A DNA stretch of 63,744 nucleotides, counting the filler, from Reclinomonas americana ATCC 50394 (Eukaryota): NCBI GenBank assembly GCA_048213135.1. It is 20 parts of 20 records of this genome, joined end to end, with 100 filler letters (N's around TTAATTAATTAA, not from the genome) between each part and the next. Parts side by side here need not be neighbours in the genome. Positions count along the whole stretch, not along the records: positions 1 to 5,602 come from AFZH01024420.1; positions 5,703 to 7,359 come from AFZH01024421.1; positions 7,460 to 9,391 come from AFZH01024424.1; positions 9,492 to 11,295 come from AFZH01024426.1; positions 11,396 to 13,579 come from AFZH01024427.1; 15 more parts are not named here. One strand, written 5' to 3'. Shown one piece after another: positions 1 through 12,239 of the stretch; position 1 is the first letter of the stretch, and each line of letters starts with the position of its first letter. Under the pieces are notes generated by a model. That model ran no database searches and had not been told where the DNA came from. It saw only the letters and a list, made by a program, of their open reading frames with translations. The position numbers and the translations under genes are program-made.

Positions 1-37
1 CAGCAGTATCAGGACCAGATCGTCCTTTCACTGAGTG

Positions 38-716
38 GAAATGTGGCCATAGGTACATCACTAGTTGAAGTCATGTGGTCATCAGGGCAGGCATCTGAGT
101 GCATGGCTGTGTAGGGGACATTCACAGCACCTGCCATGTGTGCTCAGAGCAGCAAACACACACTCCAGTGTGGAGAAAAACGCGTTTGATCGCGCGTGCG
201 ACGCCAACGGCCATGGGCGGCGAGGGTCATATCAGGGTGAGCGCGCGGCACATCTGGCCACCGGGCCACGGAGGAGGACCATAATGGATAGGGGAGACAC
301 GCAGAGAGGGCTCTGCGACGGTGTCTGTGTGTCTGATTGGCTCAACGTCGAGCTGTCAGTCCCGATCAGTCGGCGTGGTGCCGGTGCCGGCTGCCTTCCT
401 GCTATGGCGCCGGCCTGCGGGGCACATTGGAGGAGAGCCATCATGTGTCACAGATCCACGAAGAGAGCGCTGCCAGCGTGGACAGAGGCAGAGTTTGAGG
501 TCACTCACTGAAATGTGGCCATAGGTACATGCATTTGAACAGATCGGCGACTTGTGTGCGATGGAGGCTGCATAGCTGTGGGAGGCGTCTTCCGCCACTC
601 CATACGTAGGCCAGGGCGTGGGGAACAACATGAGCCTTCAACCGCGGCTGCTGCTATCGTGGTTATCACGCTTTGCGTGTCGGAAGCGAGGCGGGGAAAT
701 GTGGCTATGGGTACAT
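38..716. repeat. Dispersed 21-nt repeat GAAATGTGGCCATAGGTACAT (3 copies here, 1 inverted copy in the next contig)
   Basis: Identical copies at 38-58 and 510-530, a 2-mismatch copy at 696-716, and a reverse-complement copy at 7302-7322. The minus strand reads MYLWPHF. Confidence 0.8.
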
Positions 717-3700
717 GATAGGGTATGCGATGGTGTTACATGCCGTCGTGCATCCAACGGTACACGGCCCATGCCCCTATGATATACTGCATGCATCCGC
801 TCGCAGGGGGGCAACGGACGTACGGTTGTCTGTGCAGACGCCTTGCATCGTCCGTATTGGAGTTGTCCAGCAGTGGCTCATTGTGATATGCAGCGAGGCA
901 GCAACATGGACAGTTGTGAGTTGTTGGATGGTCTTTGACGACACCGCGCGTATCGGAGAGACGCGCTCGAGGTCAAACACAGTAAACAGCCATTGCTTTA
1001 TTATCAAACACCCCACTTGTGCACTCTGTGGAGGTGTCATCATCGACATAGCGCACTGGTGCGTGTCTCACCAGCGTGTCTGCGCACGCGATGCCGTGTG
1101 GATCGTGGCATGCACGCGTGACGACGGCCGTTGTATGCCGTGCTGGCCCAGACGGCGGAGCAAGTGGATGTGTTCATCGTGTTGCAAGGTAAGGCCGTCA
1201 TCGACCAAGAACATCAGGCGAGCAAGTGTCTCATACCGCAAGCGAGCCAATGAGTGAGCACGTGGGAGCAGATAGCACCAATGATACGTGGTGCAAGAGA
1301 GAGACAGAGAGAGACAGAGAGACAGAGAGGATGGCCTCACAGGCGCACTTGAACTGAGTGACCGTACACACTCCACACCTCGCTAACACTCTCACTCTCA
1401 CCGACTGACTCACACCCTCACTGTCACTCACTGACTCAGCCTCTTTTTTGCACTCACTACTCACAGAATGCATCCCTCTGAGATGCATCCACGGCTCTCA
1501 ACCACCACGCAGCTCGTGCACAGTTGCGAGGCACATTAACTCTGGCAGATACGAGGAGGCAACAAGCGCTGACAGCTGACGTGGAAAGAGGGACTCCAGG
1601 CCGTACCTTCGCCCAGACCTTATCGCTACCAGATGCGCTTTCATGGCGTGCATCCATGGTCACGCTGATTATGCAATCGCCTTGCCATCACAGCCGCCGT
1701 TGGCTCTCAATGGTAGCATTATCTGCGGTGATTTTTGTCAGTGCACACTCCAAGCACCATGTTCCACCCCCCAGGCACTCACGCCACTCAGTTGAACTGA
1801 GCCAGAACAGTGAACCTCGCGCAGCTCACGTGCAGAGGAGAGAGTGAGAGCGCGTGTGTGTGTTTGTGTGTGTGTGTGTGTGTGCGTGTGAGAGGATGAG
1901 CGCGAAAGTTCCCAGAGGTGATCTGTGCCACGAGGACTTCACCGAATGTAAGGGCGATGCAGAGTAGGGCCACGACGAGTAAACGAAAGATCGAGAAGAC
2001 AGGACGCAGGGCAAGCAACAAACATGTTCAGTCTCAGCAGAGCAAACGAGTAACCCGAGTCACGAGGAGAGCGCACGACTGAGTGTATGACTGCGGAAGG
2101 CAAGTGTGACTGACTGAACGAGATGCGATGGATAGAGACAGTGAGTGATCCTGGTGGCGAACAGAACAGGTGCATGACATCAAGTAACCGGCTGCATGCA
2201 TGAAGCCAACCCAACAGTGTGCGCAACTGATGGGTCGATGGCTGACGACGGGTGCATGACGACCTACAGCACCACCATTGCGTCGGTGCAAAGGTACGGC
2301 GACTGCGAGCACATAGAGTGAGTTCGCAAATGAGGCGAAGACAGGTTGTACGACAGCAGCGTACTTGTGCACGCAGCTGACAGTGGCTTCCTGGCGAATG
2401 ACATGCGGATGCACGCGACACTGAGGCACATGGAGGAGTACTCAGCTGATCACGAGTTCGCTTCTCCTGGAGGCTCACTGCCAGAAAGCAGCCTCGGTCC
2501 ACGGCTACTAAGGCGGTTCGTAGGCAACACACAAACACACACACCTACCAACTGCGTGATGCGAGATGAGACGAATGAGTGACGGACTCCATCCATACAT
2601 CACCTCGTCGCACAAACCGCCTTCCGACTCCCACGCCGTGCCAGGAGCTGCACAGCCAACGGAAGGGCATCAAAGCTGTAGATCCACAAACAATGTCTGC
2701 ACAGCGTCTCATGCGCCTGACAGCACTCCATGCTCATCTGCTGCTCCAGAGCAATGTAGTGTGGCGCGAAAAGAGATGCAGTCAACAGCCCTCTCTCACG
2801 CAACAGCGCAGACGCTCATGTAATGTGAACCACCAACATCTGCATAGGTGCACACAGGGCGTGCAGAGCATGCAGCCTGTACACTTGCGTGTGAGCATGA
2901 TGCATCAACACACAAGTGATGATGCGTATGATTGAGTGCACGCGCGGATGCATACCGCTGTCGCCCACACTGCAGACTGCACGGTGCGTGTTCAGCGAAG
3001 TAAATAACTGCGAGAGTGCACACATGCACGGTGTACCGAGAGAGGGATCCGGAGAGCATCACACACCGGTCATGCAGGTAGCCGAGAAAGTGCAGAGTCT
3101 CCTGTGTCTCCACTCACGAGCCACAGTCGGGAGTGTGCGGGAGGTCGGTGACAGAGAGACCGGCTCAGCAACACCACGCAATGCAGATCATACGCCTTGT
3201 GTGTGTGATATGACCAACCAATACAAGTCGATCGACTGGTCGGAGTGACCGTGGAATGCTGGTGCACCTTTGCGCGAAGGAGACTCGTTCTTGGTCTTTC
3301 CTGAGTGGGTTCTGTGAGCCTACAGAGTGTACAACACCCTAGCATCACGAACGGACAGAAGAGACAGCGTGTAGCCCTTGCAGTGCATTCGGAAGCATGG
3401 GAGCCAGACTTGTCTCGGTTTTGAACGCCTTTCAGTCGCGTTCTGATGCTTTGCAGCTCGGATTTCCTGGCTGCGGTGGGTCCAGAGGTCTCCCGACGAG
3501 AACAGAGCTTCTGAGGGCTCTACAGTACACTTGGGTGGCTCTAGATGCCACATGATAAGTGGCACAGTGCGTGGGAGCGAATTCGTCACGTTTCACTCAT
3601 GCCAGTATTCATTGCAATATGAACACACCACTACACTCTCAACTGGCTCCTCACATACTCGGAGAAGCTGTGAGTGTGGCACAGAGAGTATACAAGATAG

Positions 3701-5469
3701 GATACTCTGACCTTCGGCGAGCTGCGTACCTCTCTGCATGTGTCTACCACCTCCACACAAGCAGGCAGCTGATTCAGCCATCTCGAAGAAGGGAGAGGAA
3801 GCGGTCGCCGTTGAGCAGCTCAATGCGATTGCGCAGGTGGAAGAGGAACTACTCGTCGACCACCTTGTTCAGCGACCTGTAAGAGAGGTAGTGTCAGTGA
3901 CTTTGGTGAGAGTGCACCTGTGAAAGAGGTGATCACTTGTACTCACACTCGCCCCCAGCCAATGGTTTTGCTTTTCGCTCCGCAGCATGCGAGTTGATCG
4001 CACAGAACGATCTGGAGTCACACAATGACGCTTCAGCCGTGCGTATCCATCAACTTGGTTCTCCTCGTAAAGCCGACCGCTGCAACGCCGCATCATGAGG
4101 CCTGTGGAACACCACCACCACCACCACCACCACCAGCAAGTCCGGCACGATAGCACAGCGGTGCCCACTGTTCCCTTTGTCGACGTAAGGGTGGCCCAGT
4201 GAGTCGAGTGAGAGCTGTATCTGTGCACAGAGACTCCCAAACACAGACTTGGCCATCACATGGCACGGAGTCTCATCTGGTGCACACAGGTTCGACACCA
4301 CGCGTACCAGGCCACTGGCGCGGCGGACGCAGCGTCATGTACGCTCCTTCGCTCAAACAACCCCAGCTCCAACATGGATTAACTGCAGTGTGTGTTCAAC
4401 GGAGGTGCGTGAGTGAATCAGCATGAGTGCATGCTCACACATAGCGGAAGTCGGCGAGCGAGATACCGACTCACAGCGGCGACAAAAAGCCGTCAGCCGA
4501 GCATCCACAGTCCCAGCCACCGAGCCGGTAGTGTCGCTGATGACCTACTGCAGGCAAGGCAATGCCTTGCATGAACATCCACTTCTCAACAGAGACAGCA
4601 GCCACAGCGGCGCACATGCTGATACGCACTCACCAGGTTGGAGAGCCAATACTCACAACTCCGCTGTTGAGACGAACATGGAGTAAGCAGCATTGCTGAT
4701 TCGCCCCAAGGTGGCGCAGCGTCTCACGTACCCTTGTGCGGCACCAGCTTCATCACACGTCGAGCAAGCCCATCAGGACATATCCGTGGCGCAGCCGACA
4801 TTGCTGTACTGCACCCAGCTCGTGCTCTGCTGCCATGGAGCAGGAATGACGTGTGCTACTGGCCATTCTCTGCGGCAGCGAGGTATTGAGTGCACCGTGG
4901 TCAGTCGTAATACTATAGGACCAAGCCAGCGACGCACCACTCACCACAGCATTCGCGATCAGCTGCAAGATCAGAGAGTGGCTCATAGCACAATGTCGAC
5001 GTCATGGTCGCACCTCCAGGAGGAGGCTCCCGAAGGCCTGGCACGCATGCATCCTCGGCGACAAGCACCAGTCGTGCGATCATCGCATTCACACTCGGCA
5101 TGGACACCCACACAGTGCGTACGCCGCTTTCACTCACACTAAACACACAATACAGGGACCGCCCAGGTGGTGTCGAGCATCACGACTGCAATCGTGAGAC
5201 TTGACTATGCACTGAACACATGAGGCGTGGTGAGTCACACATAGCTGCATGCCTCAACACCAGTGGGTACACTCACTTGGCACCTTCGCAGTGGTATGTG
5301 GATCGCAAGTCTCATTGCTTGAGTCTGATTGCGAGAGCACAGTGGCCAGACGCAGCACGCTGCAATGTCCTCGACAATGGCGTGCCTCGGCAGTCGGCGC
5401 AGGCAGTCACCACCTGGTGCAATAGGTAGAGTGAGTCGTGGCATCGTTGACGAAAACTCAACTCAGCTT

Positions 5470-5602
5470 CTCCCTCTCCCTCTCCCTCTCTCTCTCTCTC
5501 TCTCTTTTTCTCTCTCTCTCTCTCTCTCTCACTACTACTACTACTACTACGTACCTACCTACCTACCTACCTACCGTACCGTAACCGTACCGTAACCGTA
5601 CC
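5470..5602. repeat. (CT)n microsatellite degrading into pyrosequencing flow noise
   Basis: CT tract followed by TAC/TACC/GTAACC cycling. Similar contig ends at 5703-5880, 17798-17953, 18054-18133, 49357-49564 and 62221-62423. Confidence 0.9.
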
Positions 5603-5702
5603 NNNNNNNNNNNNNNNNNNNNNNNNNNNNNNNNNNNNNNNNNNNNTTAATTAATTAANNNNNNNNNNNNNNNNNNNNNNNNNNNNNNNNNNNNNNNNNN
5701 NN
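5603..5702. other. Artificial contig spacer (44 N + TTAATTAATTAA + 44 N); first of 19
   Basis: Same 100-nt design, with stops in all six frames, starts at 5603, 7360, 9392, 11296, 13580, 15158, 17954, 21001, 28228, 35316, 36677, 39329, 42299, 45482, 49565, 52584, 55626, 58376 and 62424. Confidence 0.99.
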
Positions 5703-5827
5703 CGGACGGACGACGTACCGACCCTACCGTACGGTCGGTACGTAAGTAAGGTAAGGTAGGTAGGTAGGTCGGTCGGCGACGTCGTCGTAACGTAACGTAA
5801 CTACACACTCTCCTCCTCCTCCTCCTC

Positions 5828-5879
<52 letters not shown>

Positions 5880-7459
5880 ACAGACACCCACGCACTCACA
5901 CACACACGTGGCGAACCTGCCTCTGATATCAGCAGTTTGCACACGTCAAAGACAAAGAAGAAGGAACTGCTCGTTTGCCTCTGGAATAAGGCAGTCGTCG
6001 CCTCCAGCATAGGGTGCTGCTCGACACTGCAGACGAGTGGCCACCACAGCCGGTTTGTAGGCCAAGGCTTTCCGCCAACTAAAGTAGAACAGCTCACGGC
6101 AACCAAGCCATCCACATAGCTGTGCGCCGACAAACTCGGGAGGCAGACCTGGGATTGCGGCAACAGTGCGGACTACTGTCATCGCAACCAAGTCGGCTGC
6201 AACAAGAGACCAGCCTCTGCGAGACCTGCAGCACTGCGATGCAAGTCCAGGACTGCTTCCCGATCGGCCACTGCTTCTGTGTCTCCCCTTCGCAATGAGT
6301 AAATCAAGTACACGCACACCCTCACACCCACCCACACACCCACACACACACACACAGCAAGCATTGCAATCACCTTTGCTGCGCACACTCTCCGGAAGCG
6401 CCTGAACCATGAGGTCATTTGGTCAGCTGAGTCACATGGCTTATAGCAAGCGCTGCTCCATTACACTCATTGAGCTCAGGTGTGAGCATTTGCACAATGG
6501 ATACAGACGCACCTCGTATGAATGAGGCACTTCATCGCACTCCACAGAGCGGTCAGCATCGGAGAGCGTACGGCTCGTGTGGTCTCTCCTGCCAGTCAGT
6601 GGTTGATGCTGGATGATACAAGGGTGGGAGTGGCACTCGTGCAGTCGTCCAGTGCGAGTCCTCACGACTATCAATCATCACAGTCAGATCACATTGCTGC
6701 ATCACGCACCCCCACCTCTCTCTCTCTATATATATAACACACACACACGCGCTCTCTCTCTCTCTCTCTCTCTGTCACCCACACACCCACACATCCACAC
6801 TCTCACACGCACACACACGCACACCAGCATCTCTATCCCAAGCCCTCGCAGGCTGAGTCCACACACGTGGTCGACTGAATCCCTGTTGTGGCGCTGACGT
6901 AGACAGTGGTGGTGGAGCTCCTCCCCTTCGTGCATGTCTCACCACCGTGAGCAGACTCGAAGAGCGCACGGAGTGCGCGACACTGCATCTGACACACAGT
7001 ACAACTGTGTGGTCGCCACTGTCAGACGCATCCACAGAGCTGTGACGCCACGCACGGAGTCAGGGACGATGTGCTTCCACGTAGACAGGCGCGCAGGCGC
7101 GCGGAGCGCGCCTGCAAGTCACCTTCTCTCGCCATAGAACGAAAACTTTGTAACGATTTGACCAGCGCAGTGTATCACGTTTTGCTCCGCCTACAGGCAT
7201 CTCCTTCAGATGCCGCCAGCACCACTCTCCTCCCCACACGACGGCGCACACGCCCATATATAGCATGGCCCATGGTGACACATAGGGGACTCTGCATCGT
7301 CATGTACCTGTGGCCACATTTTCCCTCATATAATCTGACAGACCGACCAGATAGTGCTCNNNNNNNNNNNNNNNNNNNNNNNNNNNNNNNNNNNNNNNNN
7401 NNNTTAATTAATTAANNNNNNNNNNNNNNNNNNNNNNNNNNNNNNNNNNNNNNNNNNNN

Positions 7460-7849
7460 GATGACGACGTGCAGCACCTCGTTGGACCAGGGGACCGTGA
7501 CACCCTGAGGCAGCGGCACGCCCCTCAGGAGCGTGTTGTAGACGATGCCCGTCACGATCATGTACGAGCTCGCGCAGACGAGGAGGATCGCGAGCCAGCG
7601 CGGCTCGGGATCGGTGCTGTCGCGGTTGCGGAGCGCCCAGATCGCGGCGATGGCGAGCACGATCGCGGCCAAGAGGTTCGACTCGATCGTGAAGAAGCTG
7701 AGGAAGTTCGCGGCGACGGTGGGAATGTGGCTGCCCCAGTCGGTGGTCGCCGTGAGCCCGTTCTCGATGGAACGGCTCAGCTGCGCGATGATCGCGGCCA
7801 GGGCGAGCGCGGATGCCGCGAGTCGGGCGTAGGGCCACCAGGTCGTCAT
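7460..7849 (-). CDS. Pr6Pr-family integral membrane protein (actinobacterial), 3' truncated
   Basis: ATG at 7849 with a GGAGG RBS. Motifs NFLSFFTIESN, IVTGIVYNTLLRG and WSNEVLHVV. Confidence 0.8.
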
Positions 7850-7954
7850 TGTTCGCCTCCGCCGGTCACTGTAGCGGAACCCGTGTGTAGACCGTCGTAC
7901 CGGTATATCGATAGTGTTCGAGCGGGGACGCGCACGATGCACGGCGGAGGGCGC

Positions 7955-9391
7955 ATGAGCGAGAGCGGGACCGGTAACAGCAGCGCAGAGGCTGCGACGC
8001 GAACGCGCCGATTCCGCGGAGGCGGGCTCAGCATCCAGTCGAAGCTGCTGATCATGCTCCTCGCGGTGAGCCTGGTCTCCTCGGTCGTCGTGGGAGCGAT
8101 CGGGTTCATCAACGGCCGGCAGTCCTTGCACGACGCGGCCGTCGATCAACTCATCACGATCCGCTCGATGAGAGCGGTCGAGATCACTGAGGCGATCGAT
8201 GACGTCAAGCGCGAAGCCTCCCTGCAGTCGCGGAACCTCAGCGCGCAGACGCTCTCGAACACGATGAACGCCGCGTGGGACGAACTGCAGCAGCAGGTGG
8301 TCACCGACGAGCAGTCCGCGCAGCTCGAGGCCTACTACGCCGACACCTTCATCCCGACGCTCGAGGCGCGCGCCGGAGAGGAGTACGGCACCGAGGCGTT
8401 CATCCCCGAGTCGAACGCCGGTCGCTACCTGCAGCTGCAGTACACGACGAAGAACGAGGACTTCGACGCCGACTTCGACGAGCTGCTCGTGACCAACGAC
8501 AGCGGCGACGGCACGAGCTACGCGGCTGGGGCCGAACGATACGGCGACTACTTCACACGGCTGGTGCAGCAGGCCGGCTACGAGGATGCGCTGCTGCTCA
8601 ACCTCGACGGTGACGTCGTCTTCTCCGCCTACAAGGGCATCGAACTGGGCACGAACGTGAACACCGGTCCGTATCGCGACACCGTCTTCGCGCAGACGTA
8701 CCGCGACACGATCGCGACCAATTCGGTCGATGCGATCGGCCTGACCGACTTCGAGCGCTGGATCCCCTCGCTGAACATCCCCACGATGTGGGTCATCTCC
8801 CCGGTCGGCAACGACAGCGGCATCACGGGCGCCATGGCGCTCCAGGTGCCGGTCGACACGATCAACGCCGTGATGACCGGCAGTGAGGGATGGAAGGCGC
8901 AGGGCCTCGGCGACACGGGCGAGGTGTACCTGGTGGGTCGCGACGACCTCATGCGCAGCACCTCCCGACGTCTGGTCGAAGATCCCGAGGACTACGTCAA
9001 GCGGCTCATCAGCGGAGGGATCGCGCCGACGATCGCCAACCGCATCGGCGAGGTCAAGGGAACCGTGCTGCTGCAGCCCGTGGACACCTTCGCGGTGTCC
9101 GAGGCGCAGGCCGGACGCAGCGGCACGGTCATCGGCCGCGACTACATCGGCGGCGACAGTGTCACCGCTTACGCGCCCCTGGAGATCGAAGGGCTCGACT
9201 GGGTCATCGTCGCGCGCATCGACACCGCAGAGGCGTTCGAGCCGGTCAACGACTTCACGCGCAACGTCCTGCTGTCGCTGCTCGGCATCATGCTCGGTGT
9301 CTCCCTGCTCTCGCTGCTCCTCGCCCAGGTGTTCACCCGTCCGATCCATCGACTGGTCGGTGCCGTGCACCGCGTTGCAGAGGGCGACCTC
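7955..9391 (+). CDS. Membrane sensor protein (TM-Cache-TM-HAMP), probable adenylate/guanylate cyclase of Rv2435c type, 3' truncated
   Basis: ATG at 7955 after GGAGG. SIQSKLL followed by a TM helix, the Cache-like GLGDTGEVYLVGRDDLMRS, a second TM, then HAMP start TRPIHRLVGAVHRVAEGDL. The catalytic domain lies beyond the contig end. Confidence 0.75.
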
Positions 9392-9491
9392 NNNNNNNNN
9401 NNNNNNNNNNNNNNNNNNNNNNNNNNNNNNNNNNNTTAATTAATTAANNNNNNNNNNNNNNNNNNNNNNNNNNNNNNNNNNNNNNNNNNNN

Positions 9492-10008
9492 CGAGCAGCA
9501 GCCCGGTGATGTCGGGTCCTTCGCTCGTGGACGAGTTCATGCCGATGAGCACGACGCCGAGGAAGGCGATCGGGGCCCCGATCACGAGGGGCTTCGGGAA
9601 GCCCTCGCGCAGGAACAGTCCGCTGAAGACGACGACCATGAGCGGCGCGAGGTTCACGACCATCGCGGCGGTGCCGGCATCGAGGGTGCGCTCGGCGGCG
9701 TTCAGCGCCAGGTTGTAGACGCAGAACCATCCGACGCCCCAGACCGCGATGGGCCACCAGTGGCGGCGCTCCGGGAGACGGATGCCGTGGCGCACGGCGA
9801 GGATCGTCAGCACGACCGTGCCCACGGCCATGCGCAGGAGGGCGAGCGCACCGGGGTCGTAGTGCGGTCCGGCGCCCCGGATGCCGATGAACGCGGACGC
9901 CCAGAGGACGACGGTCACGAGGGCCGCGAGGAGGACGAGTGGACCCTGCTTCTTGGGTGCGTCAGCGCTCGCGCGAACGCCGGCGTCGCCGGATGCTGCT
10001 TGTGGCAT
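9492..10008 (-). CDS. DMT/EamA family transporter, 3' truncated
   Basis: VVLWASAFIGIR, LALLRM, YNLALNAAERTLDAGTAAMVVNLAPL, LFLRE. Confidence 0.9.
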
Positions 10009-10171
10009 CCCCCGATCCTGACAGGGGCCTCCGACATCCGTCGATTGGCCTGACCGACAGCATCCGTCGCTTTCCCGCCACGCCGGGCTCGCCCCCACCC
10101 CGACCGCGGTAGCACGACATGAACTTCGTAGAGTTAGCGGGGTTTCCCTGTGGAGCTCCTGCTCGTCCGCG

Positions 10172-11295
10172 ATGATTCGCCGTGCGATGCAAGGTCGGAT
10201 GTACGGGCGGCGGTTGATCGACCAAGCGCACGCCAGAAGCGCAACAAAGCAGCATCGTCGTAAGAACGGCCTATGGTGCGGAGGTACTCCCCCGTACGGC
10301 TACCGAGCCGAGGCAGGGAGACTCGTTCCCAATCCCGCCGAGGTCGAACGCATCCACGAGGTCGTGCGTCGCATGCTCGATGCCATGCACAGCATCGTGA
10401 CGGACTGGAACAACCGCGGCATCCAGACTCGAAAGGGCAATCACTGGCGCCAGGCGAACCTTCGGTCAATCGTGCTCAACCGGGTGATGCTCGGGGACAC
10501 GGTTCTCGGAACTCAAGCACAGTGGGAACCGATCATCGACCAGCGGACGTTCGACCGCATGAACACATTCCTCACGGACCCGAATCGCAGGTGATCCACT
10601 CTCCCGGAGCTAAGGGTGGAAAGTACAGCAAGGGTGGCGGGCTCACCGTGTGCGGAGCGTGTGGCAAGAATCTGATCACTCACATCCGGTCGGAGCCGTC
10701 AAGCAAGACGGTGACACTGGCCTGTCTCGCGCGCGTGCATGGTCCGGACCCCAGAGAACTCCCGCGTTCTACGGACTCGCGGCGGCATCGAGCGCTGGGA
10801 GGACACTGGCCGCGTGTCGATCGTGCACGACGCTCTGGAAGAAGTCGTCTGGGAAGCGTTGATCGGCAAGTTGACGCGACTCCGAGGTTCATGCAGCGCA
10901 TATCAGAGCAAGACCCTGAAACTGATGATCGTCTCGACGCACTCGAACAGGAGCGGCGCGACCTTCGAGCGCAGAAGGAACGCGGCCAGAGGGCATACGT
11001 GCTCGGAATCATGGATGAGCGCGACTCCCTTGCTGAAGTTCAGCGCATTGACGCGTTCCTGGATGCGCTCGGCAAGGAGCATGACTCTCTGCTCCGTCTC
11101 CCAATCTCGCTCGCAGACTTCGACCCGGAACAGGGGATCAACAGGCGTTCCTGGACAGCCGATCGACGTCGCGCAGCGCTCGAGGGGTTCATCAAGCACG
11201 TCGAGGTCAGCAGCTATCCAGAGGGCATGCCTCGGACCCGTCGCCGCCTCAAGAACGAATCCAAGCAGGAGTACCTCGATGACAAGTGGAAGATC
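10172..11295 (+). pseudogene. Decayed large serine recombinase (recombinase + Zn-ribbon + coiled coil); catalytic N-terminus missing
   Basis: Contains GLWCGGTPPYGY, WNNRGIQTRKGNHW, WEPIIDQRTF, VCGACG, a coiled coil and RRAALEGFIKHVEV. The motifs are spread over three frames, with shifts near 10590, 10750 and 10870. Confidence 0.8.
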
Positions 11296-11395
11296 NNNNN
11301 NNNNNNNNNNNNNNNNNNNNNNNNNNNNNNNNNNNNNNNTTAATTAATTAANNNNNNNNNNNNNNNNNNNNNNNNNNNNNNNNNNNNNNNNNNNN

Positions 11396-11852
11396 GAGCG
11401 CCGGTGTCGGTGAACCCGCGTTCTCGAGTCAGTCGCCAAAAAAGGTTGTCCTCGGACGGTAGCTCCGCGCCGTACTGGTCCCACATCTCTCGGTGGATCC
11501 CCGGTGTAAGCGCGGCAGTCTTTATCGCCTTCTGTCGAGCATCCGAGCTCGGATGATTGAGGATCTGAACCGCCAAGTCGGTCACGTTGACGGTGCGCTC
11601 GTTACCGGTGCCGTTATCTTCCATGAGCCCGAACTTCAGTAGCGCCGACAGCTGCTGAGCTGCGGGCCCGTTCAGACTTGCGTAACCCCATAGGCCCGGT
11701 AGGACTGAAGTCGAGACGGCGTACTGCCTCTCCTTCGCGTAAACCTGCCCGACTCGTTGGACGGCCTTCGCCAGGTCGATGGACGGGTACGCGGGACTCC
11801 GGCCCTTGGGCCTCTTAGTAGGGGGCGCCACGGGGGCGGTGACATCGGTCAT
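11396..11852 (-). CDS. Conserved hypothetical protein, probable winged-helix (RSPAYP...WGY...SALLKFGL), 3' truncated
   Basis: ATG at 11852 with an AAGGAGG RBS; clean ORF running to the contig edge. Confidence 0.7.
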
Positions 11853-11971
11853 GAGAGACCTCCTTGATGTCAGTGTAGAGCATCTAGCCAGCCTGTAGTG
11901 GACATGTTCAAAAATTAGTAGCGCCATGCGAACACAAGCCCTGTTTTGTGCTGTACACTGGAGGTACAAAC

Positions 11972-12003
11972 AGAAACGCCTCGGCTGGAGCCGAGGCGCT
12001 TCT
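11972..12003. terminator. GC-rich hairpin; intrinsic terminator, better on the minus strand
   Basis: CGCCTCGGC-TGGA-GCCGAGGCG. On the minus strand it is followed by TTTCTGTTTG. Confidence 0.65.
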
Positions 12004-12011
12004 TAAACAGA

Positions 12012-12081
12012 GGGGTACGCAGGTTCGCCGGGTAGGTCTCCAAAACTGGCCGCGACGGGTTCAACTCCCGTGTACTCCACC
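12012..12081 (+). tRNA. tRNA-Trp(CCA)-like element with a reduced D-arm
   Basis: Acceptor stem GGGGTAC/GTACTCC followed by ACC; T-arm ACGGG-TTCAACT-CCCGT; anticodon loop CTCCAAA in the stem GGTAGGT/ACTGGCC. Only about 12 nt lie where the D-arm should be. Confidence 0.6.
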
Positions 12082-12239
12082 CTTATTGTAACAAGCTCGA
12101 CCCCTTGGCGCATCAGTCCGTGATGCGAGCACGTCGCGAGCCCTGGAATGTCACACGCGATCCTGCATTGGACACCTCAACACAGGCACCGAGCATCGGT
12201 TCGCCGAGTTACGGTCGTCGCTCCACTATCCTGACCGTC

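Noticed and set aside
3775..3878. In-frame TAG in an exon-like segment (VVDE*FLFHLR) suggesting stop-codon reassignment
   Set aside because: A single case in degenerate DNA. The NDK, COG0523, cadherin and transposase models have no in-frame TAG, so a pseudogene is more likely.
7412..9370. 652-aa minus-strand ORF (likewise 52701-54995 +, 37817-38995 -, 41432-42217 -)
   Set aside because: These are antisense shadows of real high-GC genes; only the 7460-7849 part is a real CDS.
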